DNA from: Pristiophorus japonicus
Lineage: Eukaryota
Length of the DNA stretch: 64,000 nucleotides
Direction: 5' to 3'
Assembly (NCBI RefSeq): GCF_044704955.1
Contig: NW_027252090.1
Coordinates: 248,001 to 312,000, forward strand
Shown one piece after another: positions 22,940-35,264 of the stretch (the stretch's first letter is position 1; each line of letters opens with the position of its first letter). The notes below the pieces were generated by a model. It was not told where the DNA came from and did not search any database. It saw only the letters and a list, made by a program, of their open reading frames with translations. Both the position numbers and the translations under genes were made by a program.

Positions 22940-23730
22940 GAAGCGATTTGATAGAGTTGATAGTGAGACATTGTTGACACTGACAGGAGCGTCGGTAACC
23001 AGAGGACATGGATTTAAGATCATTTGCAAAAAAAAACAGAGGGGAGATGAAGAGATGTTTTAATGTAGCAAGTTGTTCTGCTCTGGAATGCAGAAGGTAT
23101 ACACGAATTTTCGTTTTTATAAATAGAGAAATAGGGTGCAAATGCAAGGAACTTGTTGTTAAACATCTGTAAAACATTGGTTATACCCCAGCAGAAGTGT
23201 TGTGTTTAATTCTGGGCACCACATTTTAGGAAAGATTGTAAGGCCTTGCAAAGGGTGCAGAGGGAATTTACCAGTGTAGTACCTTGGAGGAAATACTTCA
23301 GTTACGTGTAGACCTTCGGGGCATTGGGATTGTTATCATTGGAGTAGAGAAGTTTAAAAGGAGATTTGATAAACATGTTCAAGATTGTGAGGGGTTCTGA
23401 AACAGTAACTACGAAGATTATTTTCCAGTGGCTGACGGGTCTGTAACCAGAAAACATAGATTTAAGGTGCTTGGCAAAAGAGCCAGAGGCGAAATGAGGA
23501 AAAAGAAATACACAGAATGTGATGATCTGGAATACACTACCTGATAGGGTGCTGGACGCCGTTCCAATAATATAATTCAAAAGGGATTTGGAAACAATGC
23601 AGGGATATTGGGAAATAGCAGGGGGAGTGGGATTAATTGGTTGCTGTTTCAACTTTGTGCCGGCACAGGAACCAGTGAGCTGAATGTACGCGTTCTGTAC
23701 AGTATCATTCTTCGATTCTATGATTCTATA
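22940..23730 (+). mobile_element. CR1 LINE 3' fragments
   Basis: FDRVDSETLLTLTGASVTRGHGFKI; (ttctatga)n-like tail near 23710-23730. Confidence 0.75.
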
Positions 23731-24448
23731 ACTGCAAAATCTCTCTGTTCATATTACACTAAGACCTGTCTCTGTTTCTAAAACTCTACGGGTTAGAATG
23801 TCTACTTTTTTTGCATGCTTAACGCCCACTTACCGCCCATTTTACAACTGAAATGACGTATAATGCCCATATATCAATCTTTTTGACATAAAATGAAAAC
23901 TGGCAGACATTTTTCGGAAAATTATCGCCGAGCATTACTTTCCCCATGTGCTTAACGCTCGGGAAAAAAAATACTGCCCGTTCACATTTTTTGAGTTGAA
24001 TCAACAGAATTCAACGCCCATAATATCACCCAGTGTTAATTGCCAGACAGATTTAACGCCGAGATTCAATATTAATGCCCGCCCTCCCTTTGTTGTAGGA
24101 AAGAGCATATTTACGATACTTGCGGCCATGAGATGGTCCAGCATCAATCTCTCCACCTCGCACACATATCGCTCACAATATCGCTCTCCCAAGAAAACGC
24201 CCAAGAAATTTGGAACTAAGCGGAATGAATCACAGCGTTATGGACGCCATGTTCTAGATCACATATCGTGTCCTTTAAAAGGCTGCTGTGCTTCAACTTC
24301 GACGGAGTTCTGATGTAATCTGCAGGTCGTTGCAGTTGATGTGAACATCTGTAAAAACATCTCACCATACTGTGACCGATTGTAATTGAAGAGGTGTCTC
24401 CGTCGGGGCATTGCTTGTTTGTGACCAATCGGTGGACAACAGAGAGCG

Positions 24449-26417
24449 ATGGCAATGGTGCCTGTCCTTTCTCACTCTCTGTTGGTGACCAATTACATGC
24501 AGTAGACTCGACATCGCCGAAAGAAAATTCCATTGCATTATGTGCTCAATATAAGACATGACAGACAGATGAGGAGGACCAGATGTTACATCCCCCGCAA
24601 TTACAGGCAGAGGCATTCTTACCTCGACTTGCCCGACACCACATGCCTTCAGAGACTGCGCTTTAGGAAAAGGGGAGGTGCAACGAGACCTAGGTGTCAT
24701 CGTACATCAGTCATTGAAAGTTGGCATGCAGGTACAGCAGACGGTGAAGAAGGCAAATGGCATGTTGACCTTCATAGCTAGGGGATTTGAGTATAGGAGC
24801 AGGGAAGTCTTATTGCATTTGTACAGAGCCTTGGTGAGGCATCACCTGGAATATTGAGTTCACTTCTGTTCTCCTACTCTGAGGAAGGACGTTCTTGCTA
24901 TTGAGGGAGTGCAGCGCAGGTTCATCAGACTGATTCCCAGGTCGGCTGGGCAGACACATGAGGAGATATTGAATCGACTGGGCCTGTATTCATTGGAGTT
25001 TAGAAGATTGAGAGGGGATCTCAAATTCTGACGGGACTGGACAGCTTAGATGCAGGAAGAATGTTCCCGATGTTGGACAAGTCCAGAACCAGAGGTCACA
25101 GTCTAAAGATAAGGGGTAACCCATTTAGGATCAAGAAGAGGAGAAACTTCTTCACTCAGAGAATTGTGAACCTGTGGCATTCTCTACCGCAAAGAATTGT
25201 TGATGCCAGTCTGTTAGATATATTCAAGAGGGAGTTCGATATGGCCCTCAGGGCTAAAGGGATCAAGGGGTATGGAGACAAAGCAGGAAGAGGATACTGA
25301 AGTCAATGATCAGCCATGAAATTATTGAATGATGGTGCAGGCTCGAAGGGCAGATTGGCCTACTCGTCCACATATTTTCAATGTGTCTATGTTTCTATGA
25401 TTCTATGTTTCCACAAAGAGGTTATCACTGAGGTATGCCAGCTGATAAGGGCAGATCTGCAGCCTGTCATCACCATCAGTACTGCACTGTCCTTCAAGGT
25501 CAAAATCACTGCAGCACTGTCGTTCTAAATCTTGTGTTTTTTTCAAGCCACAGTTGGAGACATTTGCGGACTTTCTCAGCATGCCACACATCGCTGTATT
25601 AGACAGGAAGGTCACGGAAGCCTGTAAGCACACAGGAGGGACTTGATCAGCTTCCCTATCACATGGGAGGCACAGACTGAGAGGGCTCTCGGATTCTCCA
25701 GAAAGGAAAACATCCCCAAGGTGCAGGGAGCAATAGACTGTACGCACATCGTGATGTGGGCACCTTTTAAGAATGCTGAGGTTTTCAGGAACCGCAAGGG
25801 ATTCCACTCCCTGAATGTCCAACTGGTTTTGGACCACCAGCAAATTACACTAGTCATGAATGCTCAATTTACGGGCAGCATCCATGATGCTCACATGCTG
25901 CGTGAGAGCAATGTATCTGACTTGTTCAACAATCATTTACAAGGTCAATGCTGGGTGCTTGGTGACAAAGGATATGGTCTCACCACTTGGCTTATGACAC
26001 CCCCTGCGTGACACCCACAACGAATCCGAGAGGTGATACAATGAAAGCCACAGAAAAACTCGCAATATCGTAGAGAAAACCATTGGTGTGCTGAAGCAGC
26101 ACTTTAGATGCCTGGACCACTCAGGAGGCGAGATCCAATACCACCCTGATCAATTAGCTAATTTCGTGTTGGTGTGCTCCATGCTGCATGAATTGGATAT
26201 AAGGAGGGAAAAAGAATTGCCTGATGAGTCTGAGAGTCCACCTCACCAGAGTGAGGAAGATGAGGACGAGGAAGCGGACGCTGACATCGGCCCAGATAAT
26301 CTGCCTGATGCTGAAACCATTCCGCCTTCCAACTGTAGACCGCATGAAAGGGCCCATGGTGGCATCATAGCTGCAAGAGCCTTACGTCAGGACCTCATCA
26401 ATGATCGCTTTGCCTGA
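24449..26417 (+). pseudogene. HARBI1-like DDE transposase pseudogene, interrupted by CR1
   Basis: YRQRHSYLDL...CLQRLRF|HKEVITEVCQLI...KVQGAIDCTHI...FRNRKGFHSLNVQLV...GSIHDA...LGDKGY...WLMTP...LKQHFRCLD; contains stops and frameshifts. Confidence 0.88.
24664..25409 (+). mobile_element. 5'-truncated CR1 nested inside the Harbinger transposase
   Basis: Starts at LGKGEVQRDLG and ends with (tctatgtt)n; the transposase frame resumes immediately after it. Confidence 0.9.
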
Positions 26418-27429
26418 AAGAACGTTGGTGTTATTTACAAGGCTGACACACTGTTGGGTGTGCAGGTCATAAATCAATGGTGGGCATTACCTTGGTGACA
26501 GTTAAAGTTTAAGTTGATTGAAGTTAATTGTGACTTTACCCTTTCATTTAAAGTAATCACCAGCATGCAATGGTGCAGCTTTCTGAGCCAATGTGCAGCA
26601 AGGTTCCTTTAAAAAAAAAGTAAACAAACATTAATTTGATATCATCAGTATTTCTGTACAAAGCAACCCTTCCCCCCACCACACCCGCGCTTCTCCTTCC
26701 GACCTCCACCCCTTCCCCTCCTGACTTCAAGCTGCCTGGCCGAGGAGATCCTCAGGCGATGCTTCATTACTGGGTGACGGCCGAACCGCTGTTTGGACGG
26801 ATGCGGGAGAGGACGGTCCTGAATTGGGAATGTGCTCTGAGCCAGAAGCAACATGTTGCTACTCGCTCTCATGTGTGGTTGGCAATGGGGGTGCGGCACT
26901 TTGCGATGCAGTGCGGTGCTCCGGGACCACTGGGGGCCCTCTACCACCATTGTTGCTGGCTACCAGCTCGAGGGCCTCCTCCATCCCTTCCATATTGTAC
27001 ATTATTATTTGGACAAAGACTCGGTGCCAACTATATTCTTGGTGCTTAGCAGGCTTTTTGCTAATAGTGAATCTCCACAACAGCCAGACAAGCACAGACC
27101 ACAGCCACACACACTTTCAGTCCCTCTGAGCTCCCTCTCTCTCTGTCTCTACTTCTGCGCATGTCATGATGACCTTGACCTCCTGAATCGTGGGAATCGA
27201 GCGTTGCCATGCTGTTGCTAAGGATGGCCACACTTTACGGCAGAAGGACAAAATAATTTAATGTTACCGCCCATTTGATATCGCTCGCAGTAACGCCATT
27301 TTCAATAATGGAAACTAGTTGTTTTGCGAACAGGTGAGAAGCCGGCGATCTGGAAACCATTTTTTAATGCCCACACGGGACATAATGCCCATTTTCGGGT
27401 GATAAGCATAAAAGTGGAGGTTCTAGCAT

Positions 27430-29365
27430 TCGATCCTGTCACAGTTATTATTTCACTAGACAAGCATTCTTTTTATATTAAACTAGGCCCTGTCTCTGTT
27501 TGTGTTAAACTAGACCCTGTCTCTGTTTATATTACACTGGACCCTGTCTCCGTTTATATAAAAAAATACTCTGTCGATGATTATATTACATTAGACCCTG
27601 TCCGAGTTTATTTTGCACTCGACCCTCTCTCTGTTTATATTACATAAGAAACATAGAAACTTAGAAAATATGTGCAGGAGTAGGCCATTCGGCCTTTCGA
27701 GACTGCACCACCATTCAATATGATCATGGCTGATCATACCCTCAATAAATCTTGCCTGCATTCTCTCCATCCCCCTTGATTCCCTTAACCGTAAGGACCA
27801 TATCTAATTCCCTCTTGAATATATCCAATGAACTGGCATCAACAACTCTCTGCGTTAGGGAATTCCACAGGTTAACAATTCTCTGAGTGAAGAAGTCTCT
27901 CCTCATCTCAGTCCTAAATGGTCTACCCCTTATTCTAAGACTTTGTCCTCTGGTTTTCGACTTCCCTAACATCGGGAATATTCTACTCACATCTAACGTG
28001 TCCCGTCTGGTCAGAATCTTTTAAATTTCTATGAGAACCCATCTCATCCTTCTAAACTCCAATGAATAAAGGCCCAGTTTATCCAATTACTCCTCATATG
28101 TCAGTCCTGCCATCCCGGGAATCAGTCTGGTGAACCTTCGCTGCACTCCCTCAAATACCAAGAATGTCCTTCCTCAGGTTAGGAGACCAAAACTGAACAC
28201 AATATTCCAGGTGAGGCCTCACCAAGGCCCTGTACAACTGCAGAAAGACCTCCCTGCTCCTATACTCAAATCCTCTCGCTATTTGCTTTCTTCACCACGT
28301 GCTGTACCAGCATGTCAACTTTCAATGACTGATGAACCATGACACCCAAGTCTCGTTGCACCTCCCCTTTTCCTTATCTGCCGCCATTCAGATAATATTC
28401 AGTCTTCACGTTTTTGTCTCCAAAGTGGATAACCTCACATTGATCCACATTATATTGCATCTGCCTAGCATTTGCCCACTCACCTAACCTGTCCAAGTCA
28501 CCCTGTAGGCTCTTACTGTCACCTTCACAGCTCACACCGCGACCCAGTTTAGTGTAATCTGCAAACTTGCAGATATTACACTCAATTCCTTCATCTAAAT
28601 CATTGATGTATATTGTAAAGAGCTGGGGTCACAGCACTGAGCTCTGCCGCACTCCACTAGTCACTGCCTGCCATTCTGAAAAGCACCTGTTTATCCCGAA
28701 TCTCTGCTTCCTGTCTGCAAACTCAAAAGAGTTTCATTTCTCAAAAGAGTTTCCTGTCTGCAAACCACTTTTCTATACACGTCAGTATATTACCCCCAAT
28801 ACCATGTGATTTGATTTTGCACACCAGTCTCTAGTGTGGGACCTTGTCAAAAGCCTTTTGAAATTAGACCCTGTCTCTCTGTATGTTACACTAGAACCTG
28901 TCTCTGTTTAAATTACACCAGACCCTGTTTCTGTATATATATCACTTAAAGCTTGTTTCTGTTTATATTACACTAGGCCCTATCTCTGTATAAATTACTC
29001 TAGACCCTGTCTCTGATTATATTACACTAGACCCTGTCTCTGTTTATATTACACTCGACCCTGTTTCTGTTTACATTACAACAGGCCCTGTCCCTGTTTA
29101 TGTTACACGTGACCCTGTCTCAGTTATTACTGCTGGTGATCATGTCTGAAATATATTACACTACGCCCCGTCCCTGGTCTGATTGCACTAGACTCTGTCT
29201 CAGTTATTCCTGTCCTAGACTACGCCTGAAATATATTACACTATATCCTGTCCCACTTCATCTTACTCTCGATTTTGTCTAAAATATAACTGCACTGGAC
29301 CCTGACTCTATTTATTATACAAAAGACCATGTCTCAGTTATTTCTGCACTTGACCATGCATCCGT
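27430..29365 (+). repeat. 27-bp minisatellite split by a minus-strand CR1 (27645-28863)
   Basis: Arrays at 27430-27645 and 28865-29365; the CR1 runs from its (acatagaa) tail at 27645 to FQKAFDKV near 28863. Confidence 0.85.
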
Positions 29366-32300
29366 TATAAAAGCAGAATATAGATAGATGGATCGATGGA
29401 TATTAACATTCTCTCATTACAACGGATCCCGTCGCAGTTTCTATTGCACTGTATCGTTGATGTGATGGTCTTCCAAAAGGTGTTTGATAGATAATATCTT
29501 CGCCAGCAAAGTTGAAACCCATAGAATAAAAGAGACAGGGGCAGGGTGGTTATAAAATTCGCTAAGTGACAGGAACCAGAGAATACTGGCTGTTTTCTTT
29601 GATTGGAGGAGGGTATACAATGGTGTTCTGCATCAGTTGGTGCGAGGAACACGGAGTCTCTTCGTTTATATTCATGAATTAGACTTGGGTGCAAGGGCAC
29701 AATTTCATTTTTTTCAGATGACACAAGACTTGTAAGTACAGTGAACAGTGAGGAGGATAGTGACGAATTCAAGAGGACCAAGACTTGCTGGTGGAATGGG
29801 TGGACACGTGACAAATGAAACGCAGAAAATTGTGAAGTTGTACATTTTGGTACGAAAAGCGAGGAGAGCCAATATAAACTTAAGCGTACAATGCTAAAGC
29901 GGCTGGATGAACACAGCGACCTGGGGTATATTTGCACAAATCATCGTAGACGGCAGGGCAGGCTGAGAAAATGTTTAAAAAAGCATGTGGGATCCTCGGC
30001 TTCATAAATTGAGGCATAGAATACAAGCCAAAGGTAGTTATGAGCAACATTTATAAAACACTGTTTCAGCATCAACTGGAGTATTGGGGCCAATTCTGGA
30101 TACAGCACTTTAGGAAGGATGTGATGGCCTTCGAGAAGATTCGGAAAAATGTTTACAAATGTGGTTCCAGGGAGAAGGTACTTCGCTTACATGGATAGTC
30201 TGGAGAAGCTGGGGTTGTTCTCCTTAGAGCAGAGATAGTTGAGATGAGATTTGATAGAGGTGTTCAGAATGATAAGGGATCTGGGCAGAGCAGCTGGAGA
30301 GAAACTGTTTTCATTAGTGGAAGGGTCAAAAACAGAGGATGCAGATTTAAGGTGATTGGCAGAAGAACCGAAGTCGAACTGATGTAAATGTTTTTACGTA
30401 GCGAGTGGTTAGGTTCTGCAATGCACTCCGTGAAAGGGTGTTGGGGGCAGCTTCAGTCGTGGCATTCCAAAGGGAATTGGATACGTACCTGCAGGAAGAC
30501 AATTCACAGGGAAAGGGCAGGGGAGTGGACAAGCTGATATAATCTTGCAGTGAGCAGCACATGCTATATGTGCTGACTGACGCTCATATGTGTTGTAACC
30601 ATTCTGTGAATCTATAATGCAGCAGAGCCTATCTCAGTTATTACTATACTAGACCGTGTTCCAGTTTATATCACCACATCCACCACGTTAAATATTCACC
30701 ACTCCATCACCAGCGCACCATGTCTGCAGTGAGAACACCATCACCTCCGCGTATTCCTCAAAATCACACATCATCCAGACTTGAAAACTTATTACCCTTA
30801 CTTCATAATCTCTGTGACAAAGAGGTGTTAATGCTGGCCTTGCCAGCGACACCCACAGCCACATGTCACGAAACAATAAACCAATGTCCCTGTATCAGTA
30901 TTTACTGCACTAGGCCCTACGTCAGTTATTACTGTACTAGAACTACTGATATTGTTCCAGGCCCTGTCTCAGATATTACTGGAATATGCCATGCCTTTGT
31001 TCCTATTGCACAATAACCTGTCTCTGTTTATATTAACTTTGACAAAGACACTTTTATATTATACTAGTCCCATCATTTCACATTACTAAACTAAACCATG
31101 TCTCTGTTTATATTAGATTAGACCCTGCCTCAGTTATTACAGCACTGGACGCTGTAAGTTCCAGGACAGGGACATTATGTGTCAGATAAAGCGTAAAGCT
31201 CCCTCCACACATCTAGGACAGTTATGGCACGGGTTATATCAAGAGGGATGCTCTCTTTACCTGTCCATACTGTCCCATCATAAACTTCCAGGTCAGGTAC
31301 AGCACGGTTTAGATACAGATTAAATCTCCCTCTATGTTGTCCCATTAAACTATCAGAAGGCAGGTACAGCATGGTTTAGATATAGAGTATTACCCGTCTA
31401 CACTGTCCCATCAAACACTCCCAGGGCAGGTACAGTACGATTTAGATATAGTATGAAGCTCCCGCTAAACAGTACCATCAAACACTCCCAGGGCAGGTAT
31501 AGCACGTTTTAGATAAATTGTAAAACGTCCTCTACATTGTCTCATCAAACACTCGCAGATCGTTTAATTCACTGGTCATATTTTGGATTAAATCTCCCTC
31601 TGCACGGTCCAATCAAATTGGTTCGAGGCATATCATTAGGGCTGAAGGAAAACTATTGTTTGATGTTAACATCTAGTTGTGGAAGAAGGCCAATTATTCA
31701 TTCCTGAGAGACAAGACGGAAAGTGGAAATAGGAGAGGGAGAGGATACAGGAAATCCCCAGACACATTTGTGATGTCACTATATACAGTGACTAGAATCG
31801 TTCCCCATTCTGACCGTGGGGATCACCTTTACTTTATTCTCCTATAATTTAGAGAAATGTAGCAAAAAACAATTGTTGGTGGAATCTGTTGAGGCATTTG
31901 CATTTCTGTCTTTGTTTTTTTCTGTGCTGTATTGGTAGGGAAACATTTATTGTGTTTCTGTCAAACAATACTCTAATCTGGGACTTCTATTTCTGTGTTT
32001 ATTTAAATAAACGCCTCACTGGTTACCATGAAGTATTCATGGCAGAAAAATCAGATCAACAGAGTCAATTATTGATTAGTCTCAACAAACAACGAGGAAT
32101 TTATTAAGAATATTGACAGTTGGTACAAAGAAATAGAAACATATCAACAGTGACGTTGGCTTCAGTTTTGTTCAATTATAACAGATGTGATTTGTATTAA
32201 TGAGAATAAACATTTCAATTAATAATTCAGTTCTGATAGTTCTGCTGCCGAAATCAGTGGAATATCTCGGAACCAGGTGTATTCCACTGGATCTTCATTT

Positions 32301-32427
32301 AGTTGAAGATTTTACCCACTGGAACTGACCAAGTTAAAACAGTGACCATCAGAGTGTCTGAAAATCATGGTAACATCTGAGCTTTTCACATATTGCAACT
32401 TGTATTTTAAAATGTTGATATTTAGAA

Positions 32428-32873
32428 ATAACTTGCATTTATATAGTGCATTTCATGAACGCCTGATGTCCCAAAATGCTTTGCAGGCAATGAAACACAT
32501 TTGAAGTGTGGTCACTGTTGTAATGTAGGAAACGTGGCAGCCAAATTGTGCACAGCAAGATCCCACCGACAGCAATGAAATAATGATCAGATAATCTATT
32601 TTCAGATGTTGTTTGAAGGTTAAATACTTGCCTAGAAACTGCGCAAAACTCCACTGCTCTTTAAGATAGTGCCATGAGTCCTTTAAATCCATCTGAGCAG
32701 GAAGATGGTACGTCAGCTTAATGTCTGCCCCAAAAGACGGCGCCTCTGACCGTGCAGCGCTCCCTCAGCCCTGGCACCGGGCGGGTTAGCATAGATTATG
32801 GGCTCAGGTCTCTGGAGTGGGGTTTAGTATCTGTGATCTACTGAGTCAGAGGCGACAGTGATCACACTGAGCC
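32428..32873 (-). mobile_element. Near full-length DeuSINE (paralogues at ~56000-56300 and ~59467-59915)
   Basis: The minus strand has a tRNA-like head (ggctcagtg...gcctctgactcag...ccactccagagac), the Deu body and a ctatataaatgcaagtt tail. Confidence 0.8.
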
Positions 32874-33117
32874 AATAATTGAACATATCACAGCTTGTAT
32901 TTTAAAATGTTGCCATTTAGCTCATCGTGTCTGAAGTTCAGGGCCTAAGCCCAGACTTACCCCGATCAATTTAATTGCCAGCGGTGAGCCTTGTTTATTC
33001 CTTGGGATTTTATTCCCGCTCTATTGTAATTGTGCACGGGATTCCCACTGGGGCCATATAAAGATGTCAGCGATTGCACAAAGAAAAATCTGGATGTGCG
33101 CGAGGCAGATGACTCAC

Positions 33118-34052
33118 CAAGTTTGCTGATGATACAAAGATGGTTGGGAAAGCAAATTGTGAGGTGGACACAAGAAATCTGCAAAGGGATATAGACAGGC
33201 TATGTGAGTGTGCAAAAATATGGCAGATGCAGTATAATATGGGAAAATGTGACGTTATCCATCTTGGCAGTAGGAATAGAAAAGCGAATTGTAATTTAAA
33301 TGGAGAAAAATTGCACAGTGTTGCAGTACAGAGGGATCTGGGTGTCCTGGTGCTTGGAACACAAAAAGTTAGTATACTATTACAACAAGTAACCAGGGAG
33401 GCAAATGGAATGTAGGCCTTTATTTCAAGGGGGATAGAGTATAAAAGAAGAGATGTCCTGCTGCAACTGTACATGGTATTTGGGAGGCCACACCTAGAGT
33501 ACTGCGTACAGTTTTGCTCTTCGTATTAAAGGAAGGATATACTTGCATTGGATGCAGTTCAGAAAAGGTGAACTATGTTGATTCCGGAGATGAGGGGGTT
33601 GACTTAGGAAGATAGTTTGAGTAGGATGGGCCTATGCACATTGAAGTTCAGAAGAATTAGGTGATCTTATCGAAACATATAAGATAATGAGGGGGCTCGA
33701 CAAGTTGGATGCAGAGAGGATATTTCCACTCAGAGGGGAAACTAAAACTTGGGGACATAGTCTCAGAATAAAGAGCCGTATTTTAAAACAGATGAGGAGC
33801 AATTTCTTCTCTCAGAGGCTTGTAAATCTATGCAATTTGCTGCCCCGGAGAGCTGTGCAGGCTGGGTCTTTGAATACATGTAAGACGGAGATGAACAGAT
33901 TTTTGAGCGATAAGGGAGTAAAGGTTAATGAGAGTGGGTACAGATGTCGAACTGAGTCCATGATCAGATCCGCCATGATCTTATTGATCCTGGCGGAGCT
34001 GATTCGATGGGTCAAATGGCCTAATCCTGTTCCTTCTTCTTATGTTCTTATT
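33118..34052 (+). mobile_element. 5'-truncated CR1 inserted in copy 1 of the unit
   Basis: Starts at KFADDTK, ends in a ttcttatgttctta tail, and splits host ggactcac|ggaacttgag (uninterrupted at 46195-46210 and 60135-60150). Confidence 0.9.
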
Positions 34053-35264
34053 AATCAAGGAACTTGAGTTTTACACTGTGTGAGCTGCACCATCAGAGCA
34101 GCAGAAGCGGGGATTGTTCTCTTTAGAGCGGAGAAAGATCAGATTTAATAGAAGTGTTCAAAATCATGAGGAGTTTTAATCGGGTAAATTGGAAGAATCT
34201 CCATCACTCCCTCCCTCCCTTCATCCCTCACTCACGCCCTCCAATCCACCATCCCTCCCTCCATCAATTGCTCCCTCCCTGCACCCATCCCTCCCTCCCT
34301 CTGTCCATCCCTCCCTCACTCTACCCCTCCCTTGCTCGACTCATTCCTCCCTCCATCCCTCCCTCAGCCCAATCGATTCTTATTTCTTCCTTTGCAATGT
34401 TTCTGCTTCCATTGATGAGGATTCCTCAGATGGAATTTTCTGCGCCCAATTCCTTCAACGGGCTTTCATATATATTAACAAATAAGAGAGCGACCGATGA
34501 CAAATATATATAAGTAAACCCCCACCCTAATAAAGCTGACAAGAAATAAAATGATGACTTTTCGGGAGAGGGAGTTGGCTGGGGATGGGCCACTGGGTAG
34601 AATTTATGGTTGGGGCAGTCAGGATATTTTTACTTAAAACAAAAAAATTGTTAACAATTTGAAAACTTGTTTTAGACATCCTGGACTTTCAGCTGTTCTT
34701 TTTCCGTCCCCCTTCTCGCTGTTGAGGACGGGCCAGTGCCCGCCTGGAGCTCGCTGCCATTGAGTGTACAGGATGGTAGAACGCAAGCTCTTGCTATGCG
34801 GACTGACTTGGAGAAGCTGTGGCTGTTCTCCTGACAGCAGAGAAGGGTGCGGGGAGATGTAACAGATTTGGTCCCAAGGATGAATGACTAGAAACACTAG
34901 TTCGGTCCCAGCTGGAGTATTGTGTCCAATTCTGGGCACCACACTTTAGGAATGACATGAAGACTTTCGAGAGTGTACAGAAGAGATTTACTGCAAACGC
35001 ATCAGGGAGGGGGAATTAAATTATATGGAGATAGTCGAGAAACTGGGGCAGTTCAACTTAGAGCAGAGAATGTTAAGAGGAGATTTAGTAGATTAGTACC
35101 AGACAACGGAAGGAGCGTGTGGCAAACCAGTCCCACCCAACCTTTCCTTCAACGCCTATCTGTAATTCCTGAATTGGACTATTCATTCACGTAAGAACTC
35201 ACTTTTAGAGTGGAAGCAAGCCTTCCTCGATTTCCAGGGACTTCCTATGCCTATGATGATGACT

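Larger units (their letters stand above)
23791..27427 (+). mobile_element. PIF/Harbinger DNA transposon (decayed)
   Basis: Imperfect TIRs ggttagaatgtctactttt (from 23791) and aaaagtggaggttctagc (to 27427); subterminal aacgccc/aatgccc repeats; internal HARBI1-like transposase. Confidence 0.8.

Noticed and set aside
26640-27110. Myb/SANT partner gene of the Harbinger element
   Set aside because: Minus-strand ORFs are present but show no recognisable Myb/SANT Trp pattern.
34154-34400. Pro/Ser/His-rich ORFs (also at 46301-46540 and 60278-60520)
   Set aside because: Translation of a CCT/CCAT low-complexity pyrimidine tract.
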